IMG/VR virus record: IMGVR_UViG_3300037067_023527
Location: 1 to 64,000 of that record
Length of the DNA: 64,000 nucleotides
Source: a virus
Lineage: Duplodnaviria > Caudoviricetes
Strand: one strand, 5' to 3'
Position numbers and translations under genes: made by a program. Under the pieces are notes generated by a model. The model had not been told where the DNA came from and made no database searches. It saw nothing but the letters and a program-made list of their open reading frames with translations. Positions 41,339-52,796 of this stretch are shown piece after piece (positions within the stretch are counted from its first letter, which is position 1; each line of letters starts with the position of its first letter).

Positions 41339-41872
41339 ATGACTGACGCGAACAATGGATTGGCGGAAGTATTCGGAAATTTGGGGTTGTTCAATAAGAG
41401 CGGAGCCCGATTCAGTGGCGATTCCAAGTACCGGTACACTCTTTTCCGTGAGCGCGCCGAAGGTTCTGGAACCGTGAACTTTATAATGCTCAACCCATCA
41501 ACCGCGGATGCTCAAGCCAACGATCCTACCGTCGAGCGGTGCCAACGCCGGGCTTGGGCTATGGGATATAAAAGACTGGTAGTTACAAACATTTTTGCGC
41601 TTCGATCGACAGATCCTAAAAATCTATATTCCGAAGTGGATCCCGTCGGGTTGGATAACGATTATTGGCTTGTTCAGGTGGCCTTAACATCCGACAAAGT
41701 TGTTTGCGCCTGGGGCTCTCATGGGAATTACCGCGATCGCGGGGGACTGGTCGAACGCATGCTTCGAGAGCAACACATTGATTTATGGCAATTGAGGCTG
41801 ACAAAAAAAGGGGAGCCCAGTCATCCATTGTATATTCCCTATAATGAGGAGCCAAAACCATGGATTCTCTAA
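41339..41872 (+). CDS. DUF1643 protein
   Basis: YRY.L.R, IMLNPSTAD..DPT..RC, NIFA.RSTDP, AWG, P.HPLY. Confidence 0.88.
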   Translation: MTDANNGLAEVFGNLGLFNKSGARFSGDSKYRYTLFRERAEGSGTVNFIMLNPSTADAQANDPTVERCQRRAWAMGYKRLVVTNIFALRSTDPKNLYSEVDPVGLDNDYWLVQVALTSDKVVCAWGSHGNYRDRGGLVERMLREQHIDLWQLRLTKKGEPSHPLYIPYNEEPKPWIL

Positions 41873-43042
41873 CTCAGGAATGTTGCGCCCGGTGTAAGTG
41901 TCCCAATGGTTCATTTTGTGTTGTGGAAAAAGGTAAATTGCTTTGCTCAGTATGTTTTAGATTGTACGAAGAGGAAAAAGATAAATTGCATTCAGTCCAA
42001 ATGGCCGCGGCTACAGAAGCCACACTGAAATGGCGCCAATCTAATCCGGAATGGTTTGAAATTTTGGGGGTATAAGCATGGAATCAGCGAGAAAAATAGT
42101 CAATGCAGCCTGCAGTGCGGTTGCCTTCATAATTTTTATGATTTTTGCTGGATATCTTGGTTTCAAGTCATTTGCAAACTCAGATTTCACTTCCAGTTTG
42201 ACTCAATTGGGAGCATGCATTGCTCTATTCCGGACGGCAAAATATTTCTTTGACTATTTTAGAGAATGGCTGCGCGAAGTCCTTGAGGCTTATGAGGAGG
42301 ATAATTATTAATGGATCTCGTAGGGACCTGTCCTAAAGGATTCTGGGAAGAGTGGATATCAGAAGGCAATTGCGCCGGCGACCCGGAAAGAGCTGATATC
42401 GAATATTATTGGTTTACGAGAAGCAAACTCACATTGAAATTGCAGCCCGGAGACCGGTTTTATGTGGTATGCAACGGAAGTTTGCGCGGCTGGGCGCCCG
42501 TTGTTCGAATACTGACCGACATTCAGAACGACAAACAGTATTTCGCTATTGCCAGGTCCTGCGGCGCCGTGGCCTGCACGATACTCCAAAACATTCCTGG
42601 ATTCCGGGGCCTGCGTAAACGATGGTGGGAGCGCGAAGAAGAACTCCCATTCCCTGACTGGAGGAAACTATGAAGTGGATGCAGCACGATCGTAAAGGGA
42701 AACGTCTTATTTTCAAGCTCGAGGAACACGAAATCGTCGACGGGATGCAGCATTTTCTATTTTTTTCCCATCCGGAGACAAATCAGAAGGATGCCAAGAT
42801 GGTTGAGATACCTCTCGGTCCCTCTATGATTAATTCGAACTGGGAGTTGATATTCAAATTTCCAGGCGAAATACCTCTTCATCTTGGCAGATGTGAGTTC
42901 TTTGTGAACGGGCACAGCGTAATGAAGGGAAGCTATATTGTGGCGACTGGATTCAGTGTTGCAAACAACATCGTCTGTCACCAGGCCCTTTCTAAACGAA
43001 TATGAAACATCCTGTTTTATAGTCAGAATCCCGAGGTAGTCA

Positions 43043-43888
43043 ATGATCAAACTGAAGAATTGCAGCGCCGAGGACATGGGAACCCTTCTTCCTGAAAACG
43101 TAATCCTGTTGGGATATCGCGGAAGTATTGCCCACGGAATGTATCTCGATCCGGACAATCCAGAGAGCGTCGATGATAAAGACGTCATGGGAGTTTGCAT
43201 TGGAGCTCGCGAGACATATCTGGGTCTCGAAGTCTTCGAACAGAAGCAGGTTCAGCTTCGAGAATGGGATTCCGTTACCTACGAACTACGGAAATACGTT
43301 CGCCTCCTCGAGAACGGGAATCCAAACGTGCTGTCACTGCTTTGGCTGAAAGATCATCACTATATTTATCGGGATGCCTGGGGTTACATGCTGCTCAATC
43401 ATAGGAATCTTTTCGTATCAAAGAAGGTCTATCACTCCTTTATTGGCTATGCGTATGGCCAGATTAAGAAAATGGAGCATGCTAACTTCCAGGGGTACAT
43501 GGGTTCGAAGCGAAAAGCCCTTGTGGAGCAATTCGGATACGATTGTAAGAATGCCGCGCATGCAATTCGTCTCCTCCGGATGGGGATTGAGTTCCTAAAG
43601 GAGGGTGAATTCCACGTCTTCCGGGAAGATGCTCCGCAACTCATGGAAATCAAAACCGGAAAGTGGACGTTGGAACAGGTGAAGATAGAGGCTGCCCACC
43701 AATTCAAAAGGATTGAGGCCGCATACGACGAATGTAAATTACCTAAGGCCCCTGACCGGAAGAAGATCAACGAACTTCTGATGGAAATGACTTGGATGTG
43801 GCTGAATAGTGCGCCGGCCGAACAAGTCCGAATGGCAGATTTCTTGCACGGCGAAGACTGGAGGAAGCAATGCCAACCAGAAAAGTAA
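43043..43888 (+). CDS. Nucleotidyltransferase (YcgL/Nuc-transf-like)
   Basis: GSIAHG....DDKD, NPN.L..L, YD.KNAAHAIRLL. Confidence 0.85.
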   Translation: MIKLKNCSAEDMGTLLPENVILLGYRGSIAHGMYLDPDNPESVDDKDVMGVCIGARETYLGLEVFEQKQVQLREWDSVTYELRKYVRLLENGNPNVLSLLWLKDHHYIYRDAWGYMLLNHRNLFVSKKVYHSFIGYAYGQIKKMEHANFQGYMGSKRKALVEQFGYDCKNAAHAIRLLRMGIEFLKEGEFHVFREDAPQLMEIKTGKWTLEQVKIEAAHQFKRIEAAYDECKLPKAPDRKKINELLMEMTWMWLNSAPAEQVRMADFLHGEDWRKQCQPEK

Positions 43889-44418
43889 AGGATTACGAAA
43901 AAGATCCTAAATATGCAACCTGCCTGGATCCTGATCACAAACCTCCAACAATGGTGGTTTGGGATCCCGGGGAATATGAGCACACATGCCCTAGATGTGG
44001 ACGCATAACCAAATTCGTCGTGCCAATGCGGGAATGCATGCATCACACGAAAGGGGTTTGCGGATGAAAATAGGAGATCCAGTAATAGAAGGCGTTCCAC
44101 AGAGAATCGCGGCCGAGCATCAACCGCCGTATATCCCTCTTCCGTGCATCAGAGTGGAAGATAGGGAGATCACACGATACGAATTGTCGATTTGGGAAAG
44201 GATAAAGGTCCTTTTCACTGGTTCTATCTACCTAGAACTCCTGACGGCAGAAGAGTTCGTGCATCCACGTATTGTATCGGTCGATAAACCAAAGATTTAA
44301 GCGACTGTGGGAGCGTTGTAAAAGTGCGTTTCGTTCAGACTCTTTGATCGAGGTCGAATAGAACAAACTTGCTGGTCTATGCCGGCGCGCTCCCATCTTT
44401 AACAAAAAGGAGGATTGG

Positions 44419-44676
44419 ATGGATAAGCCATTATTCCAAACAGAACGAGTAGCCAGTCCGGAAGTTGAAAAAGAAGTCCGGGAAATGATGACATACGCTC
44501 CATGGGGAGAGAAACAGAAAGCGGCCGGGAAAGAGGTTGTCGAATCCCTGACTAACTCGATTCTGGTTATCATCAAGAATGTGCCCCCGGGCGATGATCG
44601 CGATGTGGCGATCAGAAAGATCAGAGAAGCGAGAATGGATGCGAACTCTGCTTTGACGCATCAGGGCAGATTCTAG
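44419..44676 (+). CDS. Acb2/Tad1-like helical-hairpin protein
   Basis: TY.P...Q.....P...DR..AIRKIREA.M.AN.A pattern. Confidence 0.55.
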   Translation: MDKPLFQTERVASPEVEKEVREMMTYAPWGEKQKAAGKEVVESLTNSILVIIKNVPPGDDRDVAIRKIREARMDANSALTHQGRF

Positions 44677-44694
44677 CTGAAACGGAGAATTTGA

Positions 44695-44967
44695 ATGACC
44701 GGCGCCGAATTTGTATCTATACGTGAAAAATGCGGATTGAGCCAAGACCAAGTGGCTCAATATCTGGGGATAAGCAGAACAACGGTTTGGCGAATAGAGG
44801 GAGGAGTTGAGTCCGTCAATCTCTCAATCGAGCTTTCAATTAACGGAATGAAGGCTGGAAGTAGGACTTTCAACTCATGGCTTGCCAAATTACCCCCAAA
44901 AACACGCATGCATATTCGGCGCCGGCAGCACAGACATAATTCTAACGGATCTTCCGGAAACCCATGA
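44695..44967 (+). CDS. XRE HTH protein
   Basis: REKCGLSQDQVAQYLGISRTTVWRIE. Confidence 0.8.
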   Translation: MTGAEFVSIREKCGLSQDQVAQYLGISRTTVWRIEGGVESVNLSIELSINGMKAGSRTFNSWLAKLPPKTRMHIRRRQHRHNSNGSSGNP

Positions 44968-45425
44968 CTCAGTATATAAATCCATCCAAAAGCCAGGAGT
45001 GGGGAACTCCTCAGGATCTTTTTAATACCTTGAATGAGGAATTTCACTTCCAGCTCGATGCTTGCGCGAGCAAGGATATCGCCAAATGCCCGAAGTTCTT
45101 CTCACAGCAGGAGGACTCATTATTGCAACGGTGGGCGTCATCAACATTCTGCAATCCTCCCTATGGGAATTCATTGAAATTATGGGTCCGGAAAGCTTAT
45201 GACGAGGCCCGTCGCGGATGCACCGTGGTAATGCTTCTTCCCGCGCGCACGGATGTGGAATGGTTCCATCGATATTGCTTTGTACCCGGTACGGAAATCA
45301 GGTTTATAAAAGGCAGGCTTGGGTTTGAGGGAGTGCAGGGACGATCTCGAGCGCCTTTCCCCTCTATGATTGTTGTTTTCAGACCCCCGAAGTTGACCAA
45401 AGGTATTGACAAAAAAGCTGTATAG
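44964..45425 (+). CDS. Phage DNA N6-adenine methyltransferase
   Basis: WGTPQ.LF, LDACA, NPPY, LLPARTD, GRL.F, APFPS. Confidence 0.9.
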   Translation: MTQYINPSKSQEWGTPQDLFNTLNEEFHFQLDACASKDIAKCPKFFSQQEDSLLQRWASSTFCNPPYGNSLKLWVRKAYDEARRGCTVVMLLPARTDVEWFHRYCFVPGTEIRFIKGRLGFEGVQGRSRAPFPSMIVVFRPPKLTKGIDKKAV

Positions 45426-45460
45426 ATAAATGATATGGTCATACAAATGGAGGGTTCCTA

Positions 45461-45670
45461 ATGGATAGCAGAGAGTTGCAGCAAGCCATGCATTCGCTCG
45501 GAGGAATCAGCCAGGGCGAGCTGGCAAAACGTCTCGGAGTGCGGCCGGAGACAGTGCACCGATGGATACGGGGAGTTAAGGGAAAACCCAGGAACGTACC
45601 CGGTCCAGCCGCGATCGCAATCCGGCAATGGATCGACGAGAAAAAGGACCGAGAAAAAGGACGAAAGTAA
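45461..45670 (+). CDS. Cro/XRE-like HTH protein
   Basis: SQGELAKRLGVRPETVHRW. Confidence 0.75.
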   Translation: MDSRELQQAMHSLGGISQGELAKRLGVRPETVHRWIRGVKGKPRNVPGPAAIAIRQWIDEKKDREKGRK

Positions 45671-46357
45671 TCTCGTAGAGCAAGGACCTCCAAATGGACG
45701 AAATTTCTAGAAAACGAGCGGAAAAATTCGGCGATAGCAGGATGTGGAGCCCAGTCGATGCGCTTGAAGACGCGATCGAGACGATTAAGACAAAAGATCT
45801 CAAGGATATCCGGCTGGCAGTTCACTGGTTCGAGGTCCAGCCGGATGGATCGCGAAAACACCATTACACGGCAGCAAATCTAACATTCCCAGAGCACATA
45901 TCTCTTATCCGGGTGGCAGACCACCGATTGATACATGATTGGTTTGGAGATTAAGAGACCAGTTCCAGGAGGCATCATGGCGCAAAGTAAGAAGCCTGGC
46001 GGCGGTTTAGGAGATATGCCACGGATAGACATTGGACTCTTCCTTGAAGAGGTCAAGGCGCATCATTTATCGAAAGCCATCGAATGGAGCGGCCGAGAAT
46101 TGATGTCCAACCCCAAAATAGCGGAAAAGATTACCGGCCTTCTAATGGGGGAGTCGGAACTGACAAAAATCGTTCTGGCGATCGCGGTACAATCTGGAAT
46201 CCAACCTCCCATTGTGCACAACAATATTACGACCGGATTCATCATGGGGATTGCGCTTGCCCTTGAACTTCTAAATGAGAGGGAATCTCTATTCGGCAAC
46301 GTCGATGAAGATGATCCAAAAATAACTCCAGGACCCAAAACTATTCAATAAAAAGTA

Positions 46358-46386
46358 TTGACAGTATGTCAGTGACTATATATATT
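46358..46386 (+). promoter_or_regulatory. Sigma70-like promoter
   Basis: A-tract, TTGACA-N17-TATATT. Confidence 0.7.
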
Positions 46387-46468
46387 CTCACCACAGCATC
46401 ATTGAACAGCATTTTTGGAACATAAATTTATTGTACCCGGGTACAGTAAAGATTGGAAATTACTAATA

Positions 46469-47800
46469 ATGATACGCGGAGTCGATCTTTTTTGTGGAGC
46501 CGGCGGTAGTACGACAGGTCTCATGATGGCCTGTAAAGAACTCGGGAGAAAGGTCGACGTGCTCGCGATAAATCATTGGAATATTGCTATCGCTACGCAC
46601 ATGACAAACCACCCGGGATTTCGGCACATGTGCGAAAACCTCGATTCCGTCAATCCTAAAAAGGCAATCCCGGGCGGGAAGCTGGATATTTTACTGGCTG
46701 GCCCAGAATGCACCCATCATTCCAATGCGCGCGGCGGCAAGCCGATGCTGGATCAGAGCCGGGCGAGCGCATGGCACGTTGTCAGATGGTGCGAAGCCCT
46801 GTATGTCCAGGATGTCGTGGTAGAAAACGTGATGGAATTCCAGAAATGGGGTCCTCTCGATCGCAAAGGCAGGCGCATAAAAGAGCGCGAAGGGGAAACC
46901 TTCAAGGCATGGATTGCAGCTCTGGAATCCCTCGATTACCGGGTTGAATGGAAAGTCCTCAATGCAGCAGACTTCGGTGATGCAACAACTCGAAAGCGCC
47001 TGTTTATTAGAGCGCGCAGAGGGGATAAGGCGATTTCGTGGCCAGATCCTTCCAATAATGCGGCATCGTGGCGCCCGGCGCGCGACGTGATTGATTGGAG
47101 TATCCCGGGTCAGAGCATATTCGATCGTAAGAAACCTCTCGCGCCGGCGACGATGGCCAGAATCATGGTTGGATTAAAGAAATTCGGCGGTGAGAAGATT
47201 GAACCCTTCCTCATTGTCTTTCGCAATCACCAAGACGCGAGTGATATCGATCAGCCGATTCCGACCATGACAACATCCGGGGCGAATTTCGGGCTGTGTG
47301 AGCCATTCGTCCTGGGCCAACAGTCTGGGAGTGTAGCCAGATCGGTGCAGAATCCGTTTCCAACTATCGCAACCGGCGGCGCGATCGCCCTCATTGAACC
47401 GTTCCTGGTTGAGTACCACGGGAGCCACAAGGAAAAAAAGGACGGCGACGGCCGTACAATGTCCGTACAACGTCCATTCAAGACCCTTGACACGTCAAAT
47501 CGGTTCGGATTGTGCGAGCCGTTCATGGTGAAGTATTACCGTACCGGTACGGCGTATCCTGTAAGCAAGCCAATGGACACGATCACAGCCAAGGACAGAA
47601 TCGGCTTGGTTGTCCCGGAAATTAATGGCGTGGCCCTGGACATTCGGTTTCGAATGCTTCAGCCCCATGAGTTGGCGGAAGCCATGGGATTCCCAAAGAC
47701 TTACAAGTTTGCCGGCACACGCGAGGCAAAGGTTAGGCAAATTGGTAATGCCTGGTCTGTCAGGACGGCCAAGGCTTTGTGTAAATCAGTTTTACAGTGA
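46469..47800 (+). CDS. DNA cytosine-C5 methyltransferase
   Basis: DLFCGAGG, PEC..HS, ENV.EF, RKRLF, QIGNA; repeated EPF modules. Confidence 0.93.
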   Translation: MIRGVDLFCGAGGSTTGLMMACKELGRKVDVLAINHWNIAIATHMTNHPGFRHMCENLDSVNPKKAIPGGKLDILLAGPECTHHSNARGGKPMLDQSRASAWHVVRWCEALYVQDVVVENVMEFQKWGPLDRKGRRIKEREGETFKAWIAALESLDYRVEWKVLNAADFGDATTRKRLFIRARRGDKAISWPDPSNNAASWRPARDVIDWSIPGQSIFDRKKPLAPATMARIMVGLKKFGGEKIEPFLIVFRNHQDASDIDQPIPTMTTSGANFGLCEPFVLGQQSGSVARSVQNPFPTIATGGAIALIEPFLVEYHGSHKEKKDGDGRTMSVQRPFKTLDTSNRFGLCEPFMVKYYRTGTAYPVSKPMDTITAKDRIGLVVPEINGVALDIRFRMLQPHELAEAMGFPKTYKFAGTREAKVRQIGNAWSVRTAKALCKSVLQ

Positions 47801-47810
47801 GGTAATTATC

Positions 47811-48047
47811 ATGCCCGATGACGATAAAAAGAAAAGTGACATGATTTTCGTTGGTCAAGGATGGACCAGGAAAACCCGAAACAATGAAAACATGATTTCG
47901 GGAGAGGTCAGATTCAAGCTGGTAATCCTTCCGAACAAAAAGCATAAGCAGGGTGACAACCTGCCAAATGTGAACCTCTTTTTTGCTCCTGCGGACAGGG
48001 AGAAAAAAGAGAAGAAGGACGAGGAAAACCCCGAAGATCTCATCTAG
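47811..48047 (+). CDS. Small DUF736/SSB-like protein with acidic tail
   Basis: G.GW......SG......PN..K....PN; ends DEENPEDLI. Confidence 0.4.
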   Translation: MPDDDKKKSDMIFVGQGWTRKTRNNENMISGEVRFKLVILPNKKHKQGDNLPNVNLFFAPADREKKEKKDEENPEDLI

Positions 48048-48054
48048 GAGGGTT

Positions 48055-48387
48055 ATGGACCGCAGACAGTTTTTCCAACAATGCATTGGCGCAGCGGCGC
48101 TTGCTGCTGTGCTTCCGGCCGCAAAGGCAGGGATACCTGAGAAAAAGACAGGGGATGTCAATGTCGACTATCCGTTGTACTGGCTTAGCGAAGGCGCTCT
48201 CTGCCGACTTGTGAAAGTAGAAGGGAACGCCCGGAAGGGAGATCTCTGTGGATGGACAGGCAGACCCAATGAAGTGGGACCGTTCACCGGACGATGGCCG
48301 ATCGCCGGCGCACTTTACACGGACCCATCGAACGGGTGGGCTTGGCTGTGTTTCTCTGGCGGGCCTGCGCCCGTCCGAGCATTATAA
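48055..48387 (+). CDS. Protein with twin-arginine (Tat) signal peptide
   Basis: MDRRQFFQQCIGAAALAAVLPAAKA. Confidence 0.6.
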   Translation: MDRRQFFQQCIGAAALAAVLPAAKAGIPEKKTGDVNVDYPLYWLSEGALCRLVKVEGNARKGDLCGWTGRPNEVGPFTGRWPIAGALYTDPSNGWAWLCFSGGPAPVRAL

Positions 48388-48409
48388 ACGAGCAAAACTG
48401 GAGGTTAGG

Positions 48410-48658
48410 ATGAAGAAAGTCAGAAAGCCGGTTCGTCCCCGTTGGACGAAGGGCGAAGTAAAGATTCTCAAGTCAATGTACCGAACTCACAGTAATTGGG
48501 AGATTGCCGTCCATCTCGGTCGGAAAGTCTCATCTGTCGTTTTAAAGGGGCATCGCCTGGGATTGAGAAAGAGCGCCGCCAGGTTGAAGGCCATGGGAAA
48601 AGAAAATATCGCTCGGCGATGGGAGACTACCCGTGGGCGTACAAAAAAACGGAATTAG
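48410..48658 (+). CDS. Basic Myb/HTH-like DNA-binding protein
   Basis: RWT..E...L...Y......IA..LGR...SV..K..RLGL. Confidence 0.6.
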   Translation: MKKVRKPVRPRWTKGEVKILKSMYRTHSNWEIAVHLGRKVSSVVLKGHRLGLRKSAARLKAMGKENIARRWETTRGRTKKRN

Positions 48659-49529
48659 CTGGACCGACAGGACTTGGAACCCGATTGTTGGCTGCAGTCG
48701 GGTTTCTTCCGGATGCGACCACTGCTGGGCAGAACGTATGGCTCGCGTCCATTACCACCATGAATTCCCGAAGGGATGGAATGGTAACGTCATGGCGTTC
48801 CCTGATCGCATTCTACAGCCAAACCATTGGAAGAAACCATGCAGGGTAGCTGTTGGCCTGATGGGAGATATCTTCCACAAAAAAATGTCATTCGGTTTAC
48901 TTGATCATATCTGGGCAACAATGGGTTGTTGCGAGTTGCCCGATTTACGTCACTTGACCTTCCAGATTCTTACAAAACGTCCTGATCGCATGCTTGAGTA
49001 TGCAAAATATCGGGCAGAATCTGGAATGGTCTTTGGTTTGCCAAACCTTTGGGTGGGCGTCTCCGTGGAAGATCAGGAAACCGCAAATATACGCATACCA
49101 ATCCTTAACGATCATATTAAGGCGGTGGTCAAGTTTGTCAGTCTGGAACCATTGCTTGGTCCGGTAATATTTAGAAATGTCCCTGGATTCAATCGAATAG
49201 ACCTGAATCTGAGAAATTGGTGGATCATCGTCGGCGGTGAGTCAGGCCCAGGATCCCGGCCGATGAATCCCAATTGGGTTAGATCGATCCGAGATCAGTG
49301 CCAAGTGTCAGGTGTGCCGTTTCATTTTAAGGGTTGGGGAGATTGGGCTCAAAACCAATATGTGGCAGGAAATGCGTTTGGATATGCCAAGGCTAAACGT
49401 ACTTTGTTCGATAACTCATCGCATAAGTTCGCCTTTGACGATCAGACAATGATGGAACGCGTTGGCAAGAAAGCCGCCGGCCGAATGCTGGATGGACATG
49501 AATGGTTGGAATTTCCGGAGGTAGCATAA
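48633..49529 (+). CDS. DUF5131 (phage Gp37/Gp68) protein
   Basis: WTD.TWNP..GC..VS.GC.HC.AE, LTKRP.R, SLEPLLG, GGESG. Confidence 0.9.
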   Translation: MGVQKNGISWTDRTWNPIVGCSRVSSGCDHCWAERMARVHYHHEFPKGWNGNVMAFPDRILQPNHWKKPCRVAVGLMGDIFHKKMSFGLLDHIWATMGCCELPDLRHLTFQILTKRPDRMLEYAKYRAESGMVFGLPNLWVGVSVEDQETANIRIPILNDHIKAVVKFVSLEPLLGPVIFRNVPGFNRIDLNLRNWWIIVGGESGPGSRPMNPNWVRSIRDQCQVSGVPFHFKGWGDWAQNQYVAGNAFGYAKAKRTLFDNSSHKFAFDDQTMMERVGKKAAGRMLDGHEWLEFPEVA

Positions 49530-50260
49530 TGGCCTGCAAGGTTACTTTAAAAGACGGTTCGACGATGATCGTCTGCGGCAAGTTCCTTGGTAAACAACAG
49601 TATTGCGCTCATTGCGGCCGCCCGGCGAATCTGCTTTGCGATTGGCCTCTTACAAATGGAAAGACTTGCGATCTGCCGATCTGCCCGAACTGCAGCACTC
49701 CGGATGGACCAGACAAGGATTATTGCAAGAGTCATATCGTGGAGTCAAAACGATAAGATATGAAAAATAAATGGGTTAAGATAAAAGCCGGGGCACGTTG
49801 GAGATACATGAATGGAAGTAGGATTTTGGGCGTTGTTACCTGGGCCTTTGACGGATGGGATGCTTTTGTATTAACCCAGCGTAAATGGCCCAATGGAGTA
49901 AGGCAACTCAATACAACTCGAAGATTTTGGGATGCCAGAAGATCTGTTGAAGAGGAGGTCTCGAATGGGAAATAAAACTATATTCGACATGGGGAAAAAT
50001 CTTCACCCTGACCGTTTGGATATACCAATGTTCGAGCCGCCAAAACTTAGCCCAGAGGTTATAGTTGCGTTGGATTATGCAAAAGAAGGAATGGACTACA
50101 CGGGTGTGTACGTTCAGCATATTAAGTGGGCTCCGAATCCGGGTCCCTGGTTCCACAATCGTCCATTTGATAGTGGCTACGGCCCAGTCATTGATCTTAA
50201 GCCAGAAGATTACAGTGTGAGCACCGCTCCGGCCGAATTGCCCGAGCACAAGCACAAGGA

Positions 50261-50572
50261 TTGACGCGAATGACTGTCTATGTCGACAATGCTTTCCTGA
50301 AATTTCGCAATATGCTGATGTGTCATCTCGTAGCGGACTCTACGGAAGAACTTTTGGACATGGCCAGGAAAATTGGTGTTAAGGTCAAATGGATCCAGCA
50401 TGCCGGGCAGCCGGGAAGAGAGCATTTTGATATTTGCCAGACCAAAAGAAATCTTGCCCTTAAGGCAGGAGCTGTACCGGTATCATGGCCAGAGTTGGCT
50501 GTTATGCTGAGAACCAGAAAAAATGGAATTTTAGTAACTCCCGCGAAGTCGAAAGACTTGCTGATGCGCTAG
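50261..50572 (+). CDS. DUF4031 protein
   Basis: VYVD, MCHL.AD..EEL..MA..IG...W.Q, HFDI. Confidence 0.8.
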   Translation: MTRMTVYVDNAFLKFRNMLMCHLVADSTEELLDMARKIGVKVKWIQHAGQPGREHFDICQTKRNLALKAGAVPVSWPELAVMLRTRKNGILVTPAKSKDLLMR

Positions 50573-52051
50573 TGGCTAGTCTCGCAATACACGCGTGAGC
50601 CGGCGCTGGACCGACAAGTGGTAGTCGGAAAAGGCTAAAGGCAGATGGGCCCGCCGCCACCGGAGCCCGTCAATACGGCGAAGAAAGTGGCGAGACCGCG
50701 GGAGACCCAAAATAGGAGAGCAAAATGTCTCTTTACATGGAAAGTACGAAAATCAGCGCAGAAAGAACCGCCCATGAGATTTCAAATATTCTTATCCAGG
50801 CTGGGGCCTCTGCTATCCGGCACGATGTAAAAGAAAAGAAGATTTGCGGTCTTTCATTTACCTTGGAGATCAAAGGGGATCAGGTTCCATTTACTCTTCC
50901 AGTGCGCATCGAACCTATTTTTAGATATCTGCAGAAGAGAATTTCTCCAAGAAATAGGGACAGGAACAAGCCGGCTCAACTTCTTCAGGCGGAGAGAGTT
51001 GCATGGCGCCAACTTCTTCGATGGATACAGGCGCAGGTGGCGCTTATTGATACCGGAATGGTGAAAGCCGATGAGGTTTTCCTGCCTTACATTCAGACCG
51101 GAGTGAACGAAACGCTTTATGAAAGGCTTTCGAGTTGTTCACTATCCAATCTTCATCGTCTTGCTCTTCCATCCGGAAATGACAATAAAATAGGTTGACA
51201 GTTAGACGTAGTTATACGATAAAGATTCTTATACCACACACTCGGGAGGTTGCATGGAAACAAAGAACGAAACAAGAACTCTGCCCGTAAAACTGGACGA
51301 TGTTGAGCGCAAAGCAAAGGCTCTTGAATTGGCCAGGGTGATCAAAGAAAAATCAGACCTCGAAGAAAGTCTCAGCCGGCTTTCCAATAATATGAAGATT
51401 GAAATCAAAACGAGGTCATTGAAGATCAGCATGCTGGCAGAGATTGTTGACAGCGGCATCGAGCGGCGAGAAGTAGAATGTTTCGAACGCCAGGACCGAG
51501 AAAAACTTATTGTCGAGATCGTGCGTTGCGATACCCAGGAAGTCATCCAGACTCGGGAAATGACGCCCAATGAACGGCAACTGGTTTTATTTCCTAAGGA
51601 CAAGATTCACCTGGTAGGCGATGATCGCAAAGAACTTAAGGATCTTGCGGACAAGGTTGCCAACAGCGTTGAAAAAGCCCTGACGGGAACGGACGGCAAC
51701 AATCAGAATGAGCACGTCCAGCCGGATAGTCCCGGGGATGACGATCAGACCAAAAAACAACCGCCAGATTCCTCTGGGTCGAATAATACCATTGGCCCGG
51801 AGGGCGAGGATGAGTAGAAGACACAGGAAATGGAGACCGCCCCAAAAGGCTGCTCGCAAAGATCAGAATCGAGCCGATGGAGCATGGGAAGTAACGTATG
51901 AGTGTGGAGAGATTGTTCCGTTTCCTCCTGCTTCTTCTCAGGATATAGAATCCATTGTGCGGGATCATAAGCATCTTTGCAGTCGACCTGGATGCCGGCC
52001 GTACCACTATATACAGCAGGAAGCAAAAAGATCTTCTTGAGGGGGTAAAAT

Positions 52052-52270
52052 ATGGCGGAATGGGTGCAAACTCCTGAGAGTTCCCATGTCGTTGCGATTA
52101 AATACGAACCCGAAACCCAGGATGTGCACGTTCAATTCAACGATGGATCAGAATATGTTTATTCGAACGTGCCCTCATCGGTGTGGGAAGAACTGTTGGA
52201 CGCCGGCTCGAAAGGAAGATTCATAAACATAGTCCTGCGGCGCCGATTTCCGTATTCAAGGATTTCATAA
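52052..52270 (+). CDS. KTSC domain protein
   Basis: SS.V..I.Y......V.F..G..Y.Y..VP.......L.A.SKG.F. Confidence 0.88.
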   Translation: MAEWVQTPESSHVVAIKYEPETQDVHVQFNDGSEYVYSNVPSSVWEELLDAGSKGRFINIVLRRRFPYSRIS

Positions 52271-52796
52271 TGTCCGGTAATTTTGGACCGCTTCCAGTGG
52301 GAGCGCAAATATTGTGGCAAACTCCCGGGGTTATGCTAATGTACGCCGATGCAAAGGGAGGAATTTGGCGATATCTGTACGATTACCACGCAAGATGGCC
52401 GGTTGAATTCAACCCGCCGATCGACGTGAAACGACATATTCAGCAAGAACCGGCCGCCAATATCAAACATGGTCTGACCGAGAAGGAAATCGAGGATCTT
52501 ATATGACAAACGATGAGGCAATTTTCCTGGGAACGCAAAAATTCCTCGAGAGCAACAAGGAATGGGTTGGAAATCGCATTGAAAAGGGAGTCGAGTTGGC
52601 CACGGCGGAAATAGCAGCAAGCATTGGGCTGCAGATAGCCGCCCGCGTTGGCAAGTTCATGGAAAACAATAAAGCTGATCTTATTCTTGCCTACAAGGAG
52701 ATGAGCGGGAAGGCTTTGCTTGAACAGTTGCGCGAGAAATTACATGACATTCGTACCAGCGAAAAAGCCTTTGATGTCCCTAAAAAGGATTGAGCG

